DNA of 63,621 nt, counting the filler, from Octopus bimaculoides (Eukaryota): the NCBI RefSeq assembly GCF_001194135.2. It is 7 parts of 6 records of this genome, joined end to end, with 100 filler letters (N's around TTAATTAATTAA, not from the genome) between each part and the next. Parts side by side here need not be neighbours in the genome. Positions count along the whole stretch, not along the records: positions 21,159 to 41,625 come from NC_069003.1; 6 more parts are not named here. One strand, written 5' to 3'. Of the stretch, positions 24,502-36,082 are shown in pieces. The first letter of the stretch is position 1. Each line of letters begins with the position of its first letter. The notes beneath the pieces are model-generated. The model was not told the DNA's origin. It saw nothing but the letters and a program-made list of their open reading frames with translations, and did not search any database. The translations under genes were made by a program, and so were the position numbers.

Positions 24502-24863
24502 GTATAGAATAACAACAGAGTAACGCCGTTAATAGGAGAGGTGGAGAAGGTGAAAGAGAAGAGTGAAATATAGTATCAGAATAAATCAGGGGAAGCTAAG
24601 TTAAGAGAAGTGAACGGCACTTATGAAAAAGAGAATATTTTATTTCTTTTCGCATTGTTCCATAAACTTTTATCTTCGATGGTTTCTTGAAGTTTATGTA
24701 ATCTATTAAAATCTGAACCTTTCGCACTCTTTCATTTTCTCAGCTTTTACTTTTTCACATTTTCCTATGTTGTTCTCTTAACTTCCCCAGATTTATTCAG
24801 ACAATATTTCACTCTCCTCTTCCCAACCTCTGCTACTATCGGCGTCACGCTACCTTTCTATAC
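24502..24863. repeat. Diverged inverted repeat (arms 24502-24609 and 24773-24863)
   Basis: gagtgaaata..gt....gaataaatc.ggggaag....ttaagagaa matches the reverse complement of the right arm. Confidence 0.75.
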
Positions 24864-25029
24864 TCTACAACTACAATGCTGAACACATCGTCTCAGATAT
24901 ACTCGACTAAAATTGACGTCTACTACATACAAAACATTGTCTCAGATATTTACACAACCAAATTAAACGGGCGGTGGAGGTGTGAGTGTGTTGATAATAA
25001 CTGGTTTTCTAAACGGTGAAGTCTTAGGT

Positions 25030-25142
25030 TGTTCCTCAACAAAACACTTTGGGTAAGTGTCTTCTACTACAGCCCCGGGTTTATCAAATTTTTCTCAGTG
25101 AATTTGGTGGACGGAAATTGAAAGCATCCCGTTGTGTACATA
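25030..25142 (+). mobile_element. SINE family A head fragment ending in (TA)n
   Basis: ttgggtaagtgtcttctactacagcccc...gacggaaattgaaagcatcccgt. Confidence 0.7.
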
Positions 25143-25155
25143 TATATATATATAT

Positions 25156-26350
25156 AACTACTTCGTCTTCAAATACAGTTTCGGGGACTGCGATGGGTAC
25201 GAGAAAGACCCCTTCTTTGGTAACTAGAATGGTCCCCTTCATGGGATAACTAGAAATTAGTTTTTATCGGAAAGTTAAAGAAAAATACGGTAGCCTATTA
25301 TCCCTCTACATAGAAAATAACTGGAAGAGATACCTGGATGAATGTTTCATTCTTTGGTATGAAAGTATAGAGAGACTTAAAGAATTCCAAGCACTTACAA
25401 ATGGACTTGACGTAAACAATCAATTGCCGATGGAATATAGCCATTAACAACTTCCCTTCCTCGAAATCCTCATTAAGAAATCTAACAACGTAATAGAAAC
25501 AGATATATACTATAAACCCACGGACTCAAAGCAATATCTACTATTCAACTCATGCCACTCCAGACACACCAGAATGAACATCCCCTTCAACCTAGCAAAA
25601 AAGGATATGTACTATACTTTCTAATGCTAGCACCAGAGACACACGACTACATGAACAAAAGGATACACTCATCACCAGGAACTACTCACCTTCACTAATT
25701 GGCATATGCTTTCAACGCGCCCTTCTACTCAACATCCCAAATTAAAGAAGGATTTACAACCAAAAACTCTATCATACACATCCACACACAATCCTCTCAA
25801 CAATGAAGCCTTCGACACCATCCTCCAAAACATTCCCTTGCTAAAAAAGGACCACAGAATGAACTTAATCCTCCAAACACACACCACCATACAAAGCAAG
25901 AGACAGCCCAAATCTATGAAAAGTCTCCTAACACAAGTCCGAATACGCTCAACAACAACACTGAAGCCGCCAGTAAAAAAAATGCGGAAGACAAAACTGT
26001 GGGATATACGCCAATTTAACAGAGGAATCAGAGATCTCCTTTAAACAGGGACGTTTCACTATGAAAAGCAACTTCATATGTGCTTCGCACTAACCTGCTC
26101 TGGATGTCAAGAGCAGTACATAGGCCAAACAAAAAACAGTCTGCATCAAAGGATGGCTGTGCACAGATCCCAGATCACAATCCCCCAAATCAGAAAAATA
26201 GCATTCAGCCAACACATCGACACTTGCACCAATAACAAAAATCCAAGCTTCAGAATTTTTCCTCTTCACCAATTCAGGGACGATACAAATTGTAGCCAAC
26301 GAAGTAGAAAAGAGACACTCTTTATTACAAATACAGAGCCATTTTGAACG
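25156..26350 (+). mobile_element. Penelope-like retroelement (Neptune-like) RT-GIY-YIG fragment, 5'-truncated
   Basis: VSGTAMGTR, NWKRYLDECFILW, QLPFLEILI, YYKPTDSKQYLLFNSCH, CFALTCSGCQEQYIGQTKNSLHQR; many frameshifts. Confidence 0.92.
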
Positions 26351-26384
26351 CATCTACAACAAACGACATATCCACCACGGCCTT

Positions 26385-26780
26385 AGAACAACACACACGC
26401 AAATATTAAAAATGATACATTCAAAAATTCATTAAAAATGATACACCAAAGAATTCATTAAAAAACAGTCCCAATCACTGCGATAATACACAACGAGTCA
26501 CTTTTAGGTCACTTGACCATTTAACATCCTACTACTAAAATACCACCCGCATTCCCTTATTAATCTCTCTTTTCTTTCTCGTTCTTCGTCTTCTTCCTCT
26601 CTGCCACCTCCTTCCTTAGTTTACCACTATTGCTGTTTAGAATAACACCTACGCAAATATTATAAACAATACATCCAAAAGAGAATTCTCAAGAATTCAG
26701 TCACTGCTACCATCCACAACAAGTCGCTTTCAGGGCACTTGACCATTTCACATACTACTACTTTCATAGCACTCCCGCAT
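26385..26780 (+). repeat. Diverged tandem duplication (about 255-bp period) in the PLE 3' region, followed by (TTC)n
   Basis: acgcaaatatta...cacaac.agtc.cttt.agg.cacttgaccattt.aca...ctact...cccgcattc occurs at about 26396 and 26651. Confidence 0.75.
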
Positions 26781-28450
26781 TCTTCTTCTTCTTCTTCTTC
26801 TTCTTCTTCTTCTTCTTCTTCTTCTTCTTCTTCTTCTTCTTCTTCTTCTTCTTCTTCTTCTTCTTCTTCTTCTTCTTCTTCTTCTTCNNNNNNNNNNNNN
26901 NNNNNNNNNNNNNNNNNNNNNNNNNNNNNNNNNNNNNNNNNNNNNNNNNNNNNNNNNNNNNNNNNNNNNNNNNNNNNNNNNNNNNNNNNNNNNNNNNNNN
27001 NNNNNNNNNNNNNNNNNNNNNNNNNNNNNNNNNNNNNNNNNNNNNNNNNNNNNNNNNNNNNNNNNNNNNNNNNNNNNNNNNNNNNNNNNNNNNNNNNNNN
27101 NNNNNNNNNNNNNNNNNNNNNNNNNNNNNNNNNNNNNNNNNNNNNNNNNNNNNNNNNNNNNNNNNNNNNNNNNNNNNNNNNNNNNNNNNNNNNNNNNNNN
27201 NNNNNNNNNNNNNNNNNNNNNNNNNNNNNNNNNNNNNNNNNNNNNNNNNNNNNNNNNNNNNNNNNNNNNNNNNNNNNNNNNNNNNNNNNNNNNNNNNNNN
27301 NNNNNNNNNNNNNNNNNNNNNNNNNNNNNNNNNNNNNNNNNNNNNNNNNNNNNNNNNNNNNNNNNNNNNNNNNNNNNNNNNNNNNNNNNNNNNNNNNNNN
27401 NNNNNNNNNNNNNNNNNNNNNNNNNNNNNNNNNNNNNNNNNNNNNNNNNNNNNNNNNNNNNNNNNNNNNNNNNNNNNNNNNNNNNNNNNNNNNNNNNNNN
27501 NNNNNNNNNNNNNNNNNNNNNNNNNNNNNNNNNNNNNNNNNNNNNNNNNNNNNNNNNNNNNNNNNNNNNNNNNNNNNNNNNNNNNNNNNNNNNNNNNNNN
27601 NNNNNNNNNNNNNNNNNNNNNNNNNNNNNNNNNNNNNNNNNNNNNNNNNNNNNNNNNNNNNNNNNNNTATATATATATATATACATACATATAAAAGAGT
27701 AAGAGAAGCAATTGTGTGGATAAACGATAAAGAAGTTAAATATAACAGCTTGGATTTGATATACAATATAAATATAAATACATGCATACATGCAAATAGA
27801 AAGAAAGCAAAGGCAAACTGTAGATTTTCAGACGATGAATATTTAAGTATAAACATATAGATATTTATATATTAATAGATCAAACATACACAGCATACAA
27901 GAGAACAGAGAAAATTAAAGAGAGAGCAGTAAGGTATTATAAATCCAACAGCTGTTTCTGGGGTCTCGAGTATCCATCATATGGTAGATATGGTTCATCA
28001 AGATATGCAGCCCGTAATGGAATAAAATAAACACAGTTTAAATTGAACCTTTGTTATTATGGTAGGAAAAATATCTTATCTTTCAGATCATAATGCAAAA
28101 AAGGAAAAAAAGTTTTTAAAAAGCACAATACACGTGCCTTTCTCAGACTCTTCTCTTCTTTCGCTCCAGACGTTTCTTCTTTCCTCTTTCTGACGAAGAA
28201 CCATGTGTGATACGTCACACACTCCCTATTTTTACCATCTTAAACTGAGCGTCAATCTAATACATTTATTGTGTGCATCTTTTTTCCCTTTTGTTGTTTT
28301 TGGTTTTATTCCTATTTCCTATTTGTATACACACACACACACACATATGTATATATAATTGACGAGTTAAGAAATAATTGAATTAGGTACTTAAATTGGT
28401 TCACCAAGTCAGTCCGGTATTGTCGGCTCAGGTCGAAGTTAGTTGAATAA

Positions 28451-30121
28451 AAAGCAGATAAGTAAGAAGCATGTCCCTGTATCAGTGCATTACGGCCGTT
28501 TCAAGCGGCTCCATTTCCAATAGTATCTTTTCCTTATTTTATTTATTTTTAAATTGACTTTTGTTATGAATACCTCGCCTTATCCTTATTTTTTATCTTT
28601 TATCTCTTTTTATATCGGCTATATATTTTTTTTATCCTTTTTTATCCTTTATCTTTTTTTATATTTTATGGCATTTGAAATGTGAAAATTTTATTTTCAT
28701 TTCTATGCTTTCACTTTATAAATCATTTATCAAAATTTTATAAAAATATTTTTCCTTTTCTTCATTTTTATTTTATTATATTTATTCTTGTGTCACATTA
28801 TATTACTGTATTTTCTATATCTATATACCCTCATATATACTGGTGTAATGTCTATAGATTGTGAAGGAGTTTGTAACTTCTCTCTATAGTAATCATGGTA
28901 AATATAATACAATATGGTATTTATATTTATTTATTTAGATGTATATTTTATAATTGCAACATATATTTCATTTTTGTGCGTGTATATATATGTGATATTT
29001 TTATGTATATATATATATATGTGGTATTTTTATACCTTCTTATATCCTTTCAGATTTATTCATAACGTTGGTAATTTTTTATATAAATATATTTTTCTAA
29101 TTCTTTTAGATAAGTTTACCTGTTATAGAAATATTTATCGTATTTTTTAGCCGTTAATCTTTGCTTTTTGACTCAATGGAAAATGTGTACCCCTGCTCGG
29201 ATGATATCTGAATTTAATTATACGTTCATTGTTGAATAGTGTTATGATGACCACCATTATGCTAGGAAGAAGCATTGTGAGGTTCCTATTTTATATAAAA
29301 ATCCCCCTCTTTTATGGCTTAGATTGCTTTATCTATCCTTCTTCTCTTGCTTGGTTCTTAAATCCCTTTCTTTAATAATTTAATATATAAATTTTGCTAA
29401 GCGTGGATGCTCATGTTTTATGTATTTTCCCGTACTCTTAATCCCCACATCTAGATCTCATTGTAACCTCCTTTGTTTCCCATTTTAGGCCCCTTTTAGC
29501 TGTTAATCATAATATGTTAAGTCACACCTGCCCTTCCGCTTTCTGATTATCTCCTCGTCTCTATATATCGCTATCTTGCTAGCATCTTCTTAGAATATTA
29601 TTTTATGTAGATATGGCTGATTTTAGGGTCACAGTAAAATAGGGGTAAGGATGAGCATCTGACAATTAATTTATCACCAAAAACAATAACTTAACTGTCA
29701 ATTCCCAATGGTTTTAATTCTAAGGGGATATAGGCTACTTGCTGCATCGAGTCTTTTGAATGTGATAAGGATAAAGACGAATATTGCTACTATATCACCA
29801 TTCCTCTGTCTTGAACCCCATTATTTTCTCCCGCCGCTCTGAATTATTGTTCGCTTTAGGTATTTCTTTCCTAAATTTCATTCTGCTACATTAATAGCAA
29901 AAAGAAGCAATAAGATTATTTTAGTCTCTAGTATTCATGAAAAATTTGCTTAAAAATTGTAATGGAATATCCTGTATGTTGGAAATCTATATGGTCGTAT
30001 TCTTCCGAGGAGAGCAGTTTATTTCAAATTGATGTAATGTTTTCATTCATCGATTAAATGGAGCTGCTTGAAACGATCGTAATGCACTGATACTTGGACA
30101 TCCTTGTTACTTCTTTGCTTT
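28451..30121. repeat. Inverted pair of a diverged repeat (28451-28516 and 30056-30121) enclosing 1.5 kb of AT/pyrimidine-rich DNA
   Basis: 66-nt alignment with about 12 mismatches; weaker similarity extends outward. Confidence 0.8.
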
Positions 30122-31193
30122 GTAATAATATACATATGGAAAATACTGGAAGGACTGGTGCCAAACTTTGGTATCAAGTACTACAGGAATGCCCGCACGG
30201 GTCGCCACTGCATGGTGCCAAAGGTACCGTCCACTGCATCTCACATAAGAACGAGATACTGCAGCNNNNNNNNNNNNNNNNNNNNNNNNNNNNNNNNNNN
30301 NNNNNNNNNNNNNNNNNNNNNNNNNNNNNNNNNNNNNNNNNNNNNNNNNNNNNNNNNNNNNNNNNNNNNNNNNNNNNNNNNNNNNNNNNNNNNNNATATA
30401 TATATATATATACATATATATACACGCGCACACATACACACAGGCACACACACACACACACACACACATGCACACACAAAATGTATCAATTTTTGTGTTT
30501 AATTATGTATTTATGCATAACTACATTTAGCTACCTTCCGACAGTTCTCTCAATATGTCTACATATATTTTTACATAAATATATTTTCCACCGTTGAACA
30601 CAATCACAAAACCGTACACGCAGTCATACGCATCCAAACTAACCACAGACGTACGTTGATACTTGAGTATTTATGTGGATGTAAGTGCTTGTACATTTGT
30701 CTAAGCGTTAGGGTCTACTCGTTAAAAAACATCGATATTGTATAATATATATATGTGTGTGTATGTGTTCATGTGTGCGTCTGTGGTGTTTGCGTATATG
30801 ATGTTTGCGTGTGTGTGTTTGTGTGTGTGTGTGTGTCTAAGTACATATAATCTAAAAGTTTTTAGTATTTGTTTTTTTTTATGAATATTGGGAATCATTT
30901 AAAATTTTCAATAAAATAAAATACAAATTGATGTTGTTATAATTATTGTGGTTGGTATCTCGATTACTTCAACAGTTGTTGCTTTTGTTATTATTGTTGT
31001 TGTTGAGGTCGTTTTTATACTTGGCAATGGTAGTAGCTTCCAAGTTAATTTTTTAGTTAATGTGAAAAATATGTTTCTGTTGCCGATATCTTTCCTTCTC
31101 AATGAAAAATTCAATATGTTTGATTGATTCTTTTTTGTATAGTTATTAAATTTCGTACTTATTATATCGATAACTCTACACGCTAAAAAAATG

Positions 31194-31235
<42 letters not shown>

Positions 31236-31574
31236 CATACATATGTGCAAGCGTGAGTATGCGTATAAAAGTTTATATNNNNNNNNNNNNNNNNNNNNNN
31301 NNNNNNNNNNNNNNNNNNNNNNNNNNNNNNNNNNNNNNNNNNNNNNNNNNNNNNNNNNNNNNNNNNNNNNNNNNNNNNNNNNNNNNNNNNNNNNNNNNNN
31401 NNNNNNNNNNNNNNNNNNNNNNNNNNNNNNNNNNNNNNNNNNNNNNNNNNNNNNNNNNNNNNNNNNNNNNNNNNNNNNNNCACACACACACACACACTCA
31501 TACACACACACAAACTCTCACACACGCGCATATATAGTCGCAGGTGCTGTTGTGTGTTTGTTTGTGCATATTCT

Positions 31575-31990
31575 TTATTTTTTTATTCTTTTGCTTGTTT
31601 CAGTCGTTTGACTGCGGCCATGCTGGAGCACCGCCTTAAACGGTGTTAGTCGAAGAAATCGACCCCAGGACTTATTTTTCGTAAGCGTAGTACTTATTCT
31701 ACGGGTCACTTTTTGCCGAACCACAAATTACGGGACATAAACACACCAACATCGGTTGCCAAGCAATGGTGGGGGGGGGACAAACACAAACACACACATA
31801 CACATACACACATACATACACAAATATATACATATATATTTTTTTCCAGTTTCTGTCAACCAAATTCACTCACAAGGCTTTAGTTGGCTAGACACTACAG
31901 GACACTTGCCCAACGTGCCACGCAGCGAGACTGAATCCGGAACGATGTGGTTGGGAAGCAAATTTCTTATCACACAGCGATCCCTACGCA
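31575..31990 (-). mobile_element. SINE family A, diverged
   Basis: Reverse-complement 3' module and head. Confidence 0.85.
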
Positions 31991-32454
31991 TATGTATATA
32001 TATATAATTGCTATTGATGTTGTTTTTATTTTGGGCAATGGTGATAGTTTCGAAGTTAATGTTTTAGTATATATATATATATATTTACAAACTTACTTAT
32101 TGATATTGTTGACGTCAAAAGACGGGCAGCCTTCGACTTTTGTGATACACAGAGCGTTTAAGCCCAATATTTCCATGCTATTATAGCTATCCCTTTATCT
32201 TTTTTGCCAAATGGTAAGTTTTCGGTAAGGTCTCTTTTGCCGAAACAATAAGCCCGAAAACACATAAACACCGGTTCTCAAGCGGTGGTGGGGGACACAC
32301 ATAAAAAGAGCTTCTTTCAGTTTCCATTTATCAAATTGATTACAATGCTTTGGTTAGCCCGAGGCTAACCAAAGTGGTCAGGGAGCAAGCTTCTTACCAC
32401 ACAACAGCACCTGCGACTATATATGCGCGTGTGTGAGAGTCTGTGTGTGTGTAT

Positions 32455-32489
<35 letters not shown>

Positions 32490-33039
32490 CATGTGTGTGC
32501 GTGTGAGCGTGTTTGCATGCCTATGCGTGTATGTATGTATGAATGTATATATGTATGTTATGTCGGTATGTATAAAGCAGAAAGATTCAGTATGAGTGAG
32601 AGGTGAATATATTTATCCAACCATTTGATATCATAAAGATTACGGCCCTGAACCGTATCACACTCCCGTTGGTGGGACAATAAAAGTAGCCAAATCACTG
32701 CTCCTTATCTCCTCCTGGGATACAGCTTAATCCTCTCTCTTGCTCCAAAGCCAAAAAGAGGCTCTTTCACTTGCCTCTCCCGTCCTGCGCTCAGCCTCCT
32801 ATCAATCCTTTTCCTCCTATACCCAAGGCTGGAAGCATTCTACATGTCGACTGGGCAGGGAATCCCCTACAACCAACCTCGACTAGGGAAACTCATACCT
32901 GCAATTCCTCTCACTGGAATTCAGCAGAAGGCTCTCATATCCGTTTATGGGCCTCATTACACACTCCTCCTTTCCCACGGGACTGTCACTTCAATTAAGA
33001 TCATTTTCTTGGTATCTATCTATCTATCTATTTGTGTTG

Positions 33040-33628
33040 CAGGCGTAGGAGTGGCTGTGCACAGGCGTAGGAGGGGCTGTGTGGTAAGTAGCTTGCTTAC
33101 CAACCACATGGTTCCGGGTTCAGTCCCACTGCGTGGCACCTTGGACAAGTGTCTTCTACTATAGCCTTGGGCTGACCTAAGCCTTGTGAGTGGATTTGGT
33201 AGATGGAAACTGAAAGAACGTCGTCGTATATATATATATATATATGTATATATATNNNNNNNNNNNNNNNNNNNNNNNNNNNNNNNNNNNNNNNNNNNNN
33301 NNNNNNNNNNNNNNNNNNNNNNNNNNNNNNNNNNNNNNNNNNNNNNNNNNNNNNNNNNNNNNNNNNNNNNNNNNNNNNNNNNNNNNNNNNNNNNNNNNNN
33401 NNNNNNNNNNNNNTATGTATGTGTATATGTTTGTGTGTCTGTTTTTCCCCAACATCGCATGACAACCGACGCTGGTGTGTTTACGTTCCCGTCAATTAGC
33501 GGTTGGGCAAAGGAGATCGATAGAATAAGTACTAGGCTTACAAGTCCTGGGGTCGATTTGCTCGACTAAAGGCGGTGCTTCAGCATGGCCGTAGTCAAAT
33601 GACTGAAACAAGTAAAAGAATAAAAGAA
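33040..33628 (+). mobile_element. SINE family A, near full length (gap inside microsatellite)
   Basis: Head very close to other young copies; short 5' duplication caggcgtaggag.ggctgtg. Confidence 0.9.
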
Positions 33629-33698
33629 TACATTTATACATATAAACGGTGGTGCATGACCGCTGAAACACATAAATAAATAAATAAATATAAGTAGA

Positions 33699-33860
33699 GA
33701 GAAAGTAAGGACTGGAAATGTTCAGACGATGAATAATCAATTTATAAATATATAGATATTTATATTTTACACACAGCAAATTTACACTGTTAATATTTAA
33801 ATATTTATATATTTATTCTTGAATATTCATCGTCTGTAAATTTTCGGTCATTACTTTCTC
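33699..33860. repeat. Imperfect fold-back of an interspersed repeat also present at about 27700-27900
   Basis: cagacgatgaata (33723-33735) / tattcatcgtctg (33824-33836) 13/13; outer gagaaagtaa / ttactttctc. Confidence 0.8.
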
Positions 33861-34070
33861 TTTATTTACATGTATGCATGTATATATATTTTGTATATCA
33901 AACTCAAGCAGTTTTATTTGCTTATTTGCATCAGTGTCTCTCCATATTTGCTTACCTGGATTCCTCTTATAATCACTCCTTACCCCGCGGACTTGGTTCA
34001 AATCATTTGAGCTCTACGAAGTGTTTTCTATATTGAGAATCTCTGGATCTCATCTACTGACTCTCTCACA

Positions 34071-34139
<69 letters not shown>

Positions 34140-34330
34140 TTTTCCGCTGCCGCCGCTCGATTTTCGTTTTGTTTTATTATTTTTGCCTTAGCAGAAAACA
34201 CGCGGCGTCGCGCCGCGCCGCGTCCCATTCCGTACGTCGTCGTCAGTAGCAGTAGTAGAAGTCCAGTTTGGTTCCACAACTGAAAGCTCATTGTATCAAA
34301 CGACGGAGATCCGGTCCTTAGTTCTCGGTT
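34140..34330. promoter_or_regulatory. Small CpG-dense unique segment next to (CT)n; candidate promoter or non-coding first exon
   Basis: 13 CpGs in 34201-34242 in an otherwise AT-rich window; no repeat match within the window. Confidence 0.3.
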
Positions 34331-35986
34331 TTACTATTCCCCACCCATATATAATTATTAACCTTTTGCCGAACAGCTTTGCTCTTGCGAGCTATTATGT
34401 ACCTAATTGATAAAATTCATAGGTTTCACGTAGAACGGCGAGAATTCAAGCAATTATCGTATCTATTTATTGTTAATACTTTCTGACAGATTTGATCCGG
34501 AATATCTGATCGGTTATGTTTTTCGTCCTCAGAGAATACCTCCTCCCTCAAAACCCCATTATCCTGATGAATCGTGTTTGTTATGAACACACATAGTCTA
34601 AAAGGAGGAGGTGTTGTTTGATGACAATTAAATACAAATAACAATGATCAGATATTCACGTTTGAGCCTGCCAGGATGTATTAAAAATGAATAGACATGT
34701 TATTGTTTGGATTCTCTGTGAGAATCTCATAAATTATTATCTCTTTGGCAGACATTAGCACACTTGAGGAATAATTTGTTTGCTGATTTCTATACAGTAA
34801 GACCTCGTACTCCTGTTAGATTCATCTGTCCTGCGGGATAGGTTTGACTGAAGCAACACACAACATCAAAACATCGAGGTGTCTCAAAGTCTCCTTACAC
34901 CTTTGTAACGTTCGGTTATGACCACACAACTAAAGGGAGGTGCTCCGCGTTAATGAAAAAGAAAAGCGATTAGATATTAATATTAGAATCTGCCTAAACG
35001 AAGTGATACTTTTATGGCAGAAATATCCATTCAAAATTTCATTACCGTTAACTACGGAAAGTAGTTTTATATACCAACACATCTTTTGTTGAGGAATGTC
35101 ATATTTGAAGCAAAATTTCAAAATTATTTAGGCAGCGTGACATGCAGAAAATACGAATTCTATTTTTTTTTTTGGTAGATATTTAAAATCATTACTGGAA
35201 TAACCGTGAACTTTAATTTCGCAGTGAACGGGTTAAAAATGAAGAGGTACTTTATTCTTTCGATTCTCGATGTTCTGCATCTACTTCATGAATTATCAAA
35301 AACTCTTAGCATCTATAAAATTAAATTAAAACAAGCGCGTGAGAAACCTAGTGGTAGTTTGCTTCAGTGGAATATATATATCTAGTATAAATATCATACG
35401 TTGAATAAGATTCTATGGCGNNNNNNNNNNNNNNNNNNNNNNNNNNNNNNNNNNNNNNNNNNNNNNNNNNNNNNNNNNNNNNNNNNNNNNNNNNNNNNNN
35501 NNNNNNNNNNNNNNNNNNNNNNNNNNNNNNNNNNNNNNNNNNNNNNNNNNNNNNNNNNNNNNNNNNNNNNNNNNNNNNNNNNNNNNNNNNNNNNNNNNNN
35601 NNNNNNNNNNNNNNNNNNNNNNNNNNNNNNNNNNNNNNNNNNNNNNNNNNNNNNNNNNNNNNNNNNNNNNNNNNNNNNNNNNNNNNNNNNNNNNNNNNNN
35701 NNNNNNNNNNNNNNNNNNNNNNNNNNNNNNNNNNNNNNNNNNNNNNNNNNNNNNNNNNNNNNNNNNNNNNNNNNNNNNNNNNNNNNNNNNNNNNNNNNNN
35801 NNNNNNNNNNNNNNNNNNNNNNNNNNNNNNNNNNNNNNNNNNNNNNNNNNNNNNNNNNNNNNNNNNNNNNNNNNNNNNNNNNNNNNNNNNNNNNNNNNNN
35901 NNNNNNNNNNNNNNNNNNNNNNNNNNNNNNNNNNNNNNNNNNNNNNNNNNNNNNNNNNNNNNNNNNNNNNNNNNNNNNNNNNNNNN

Positions 35987-36079
<93 letters not shown>
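35987..36079. repeat. Inverted microsatellite (TAA)14-TTT-(TTA)16
   Basis: Direct reading; the left side runs into an N gap. Confidence 0.9.
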
Positions 36080-36081
<2 letters not shown>

Positions 36082-36082
36082 A

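Noticed and set aside
34515-34535. CTGAGGA-C-GAAA on the minus strand
   Set aside because: No stem II, III or I; chance match.
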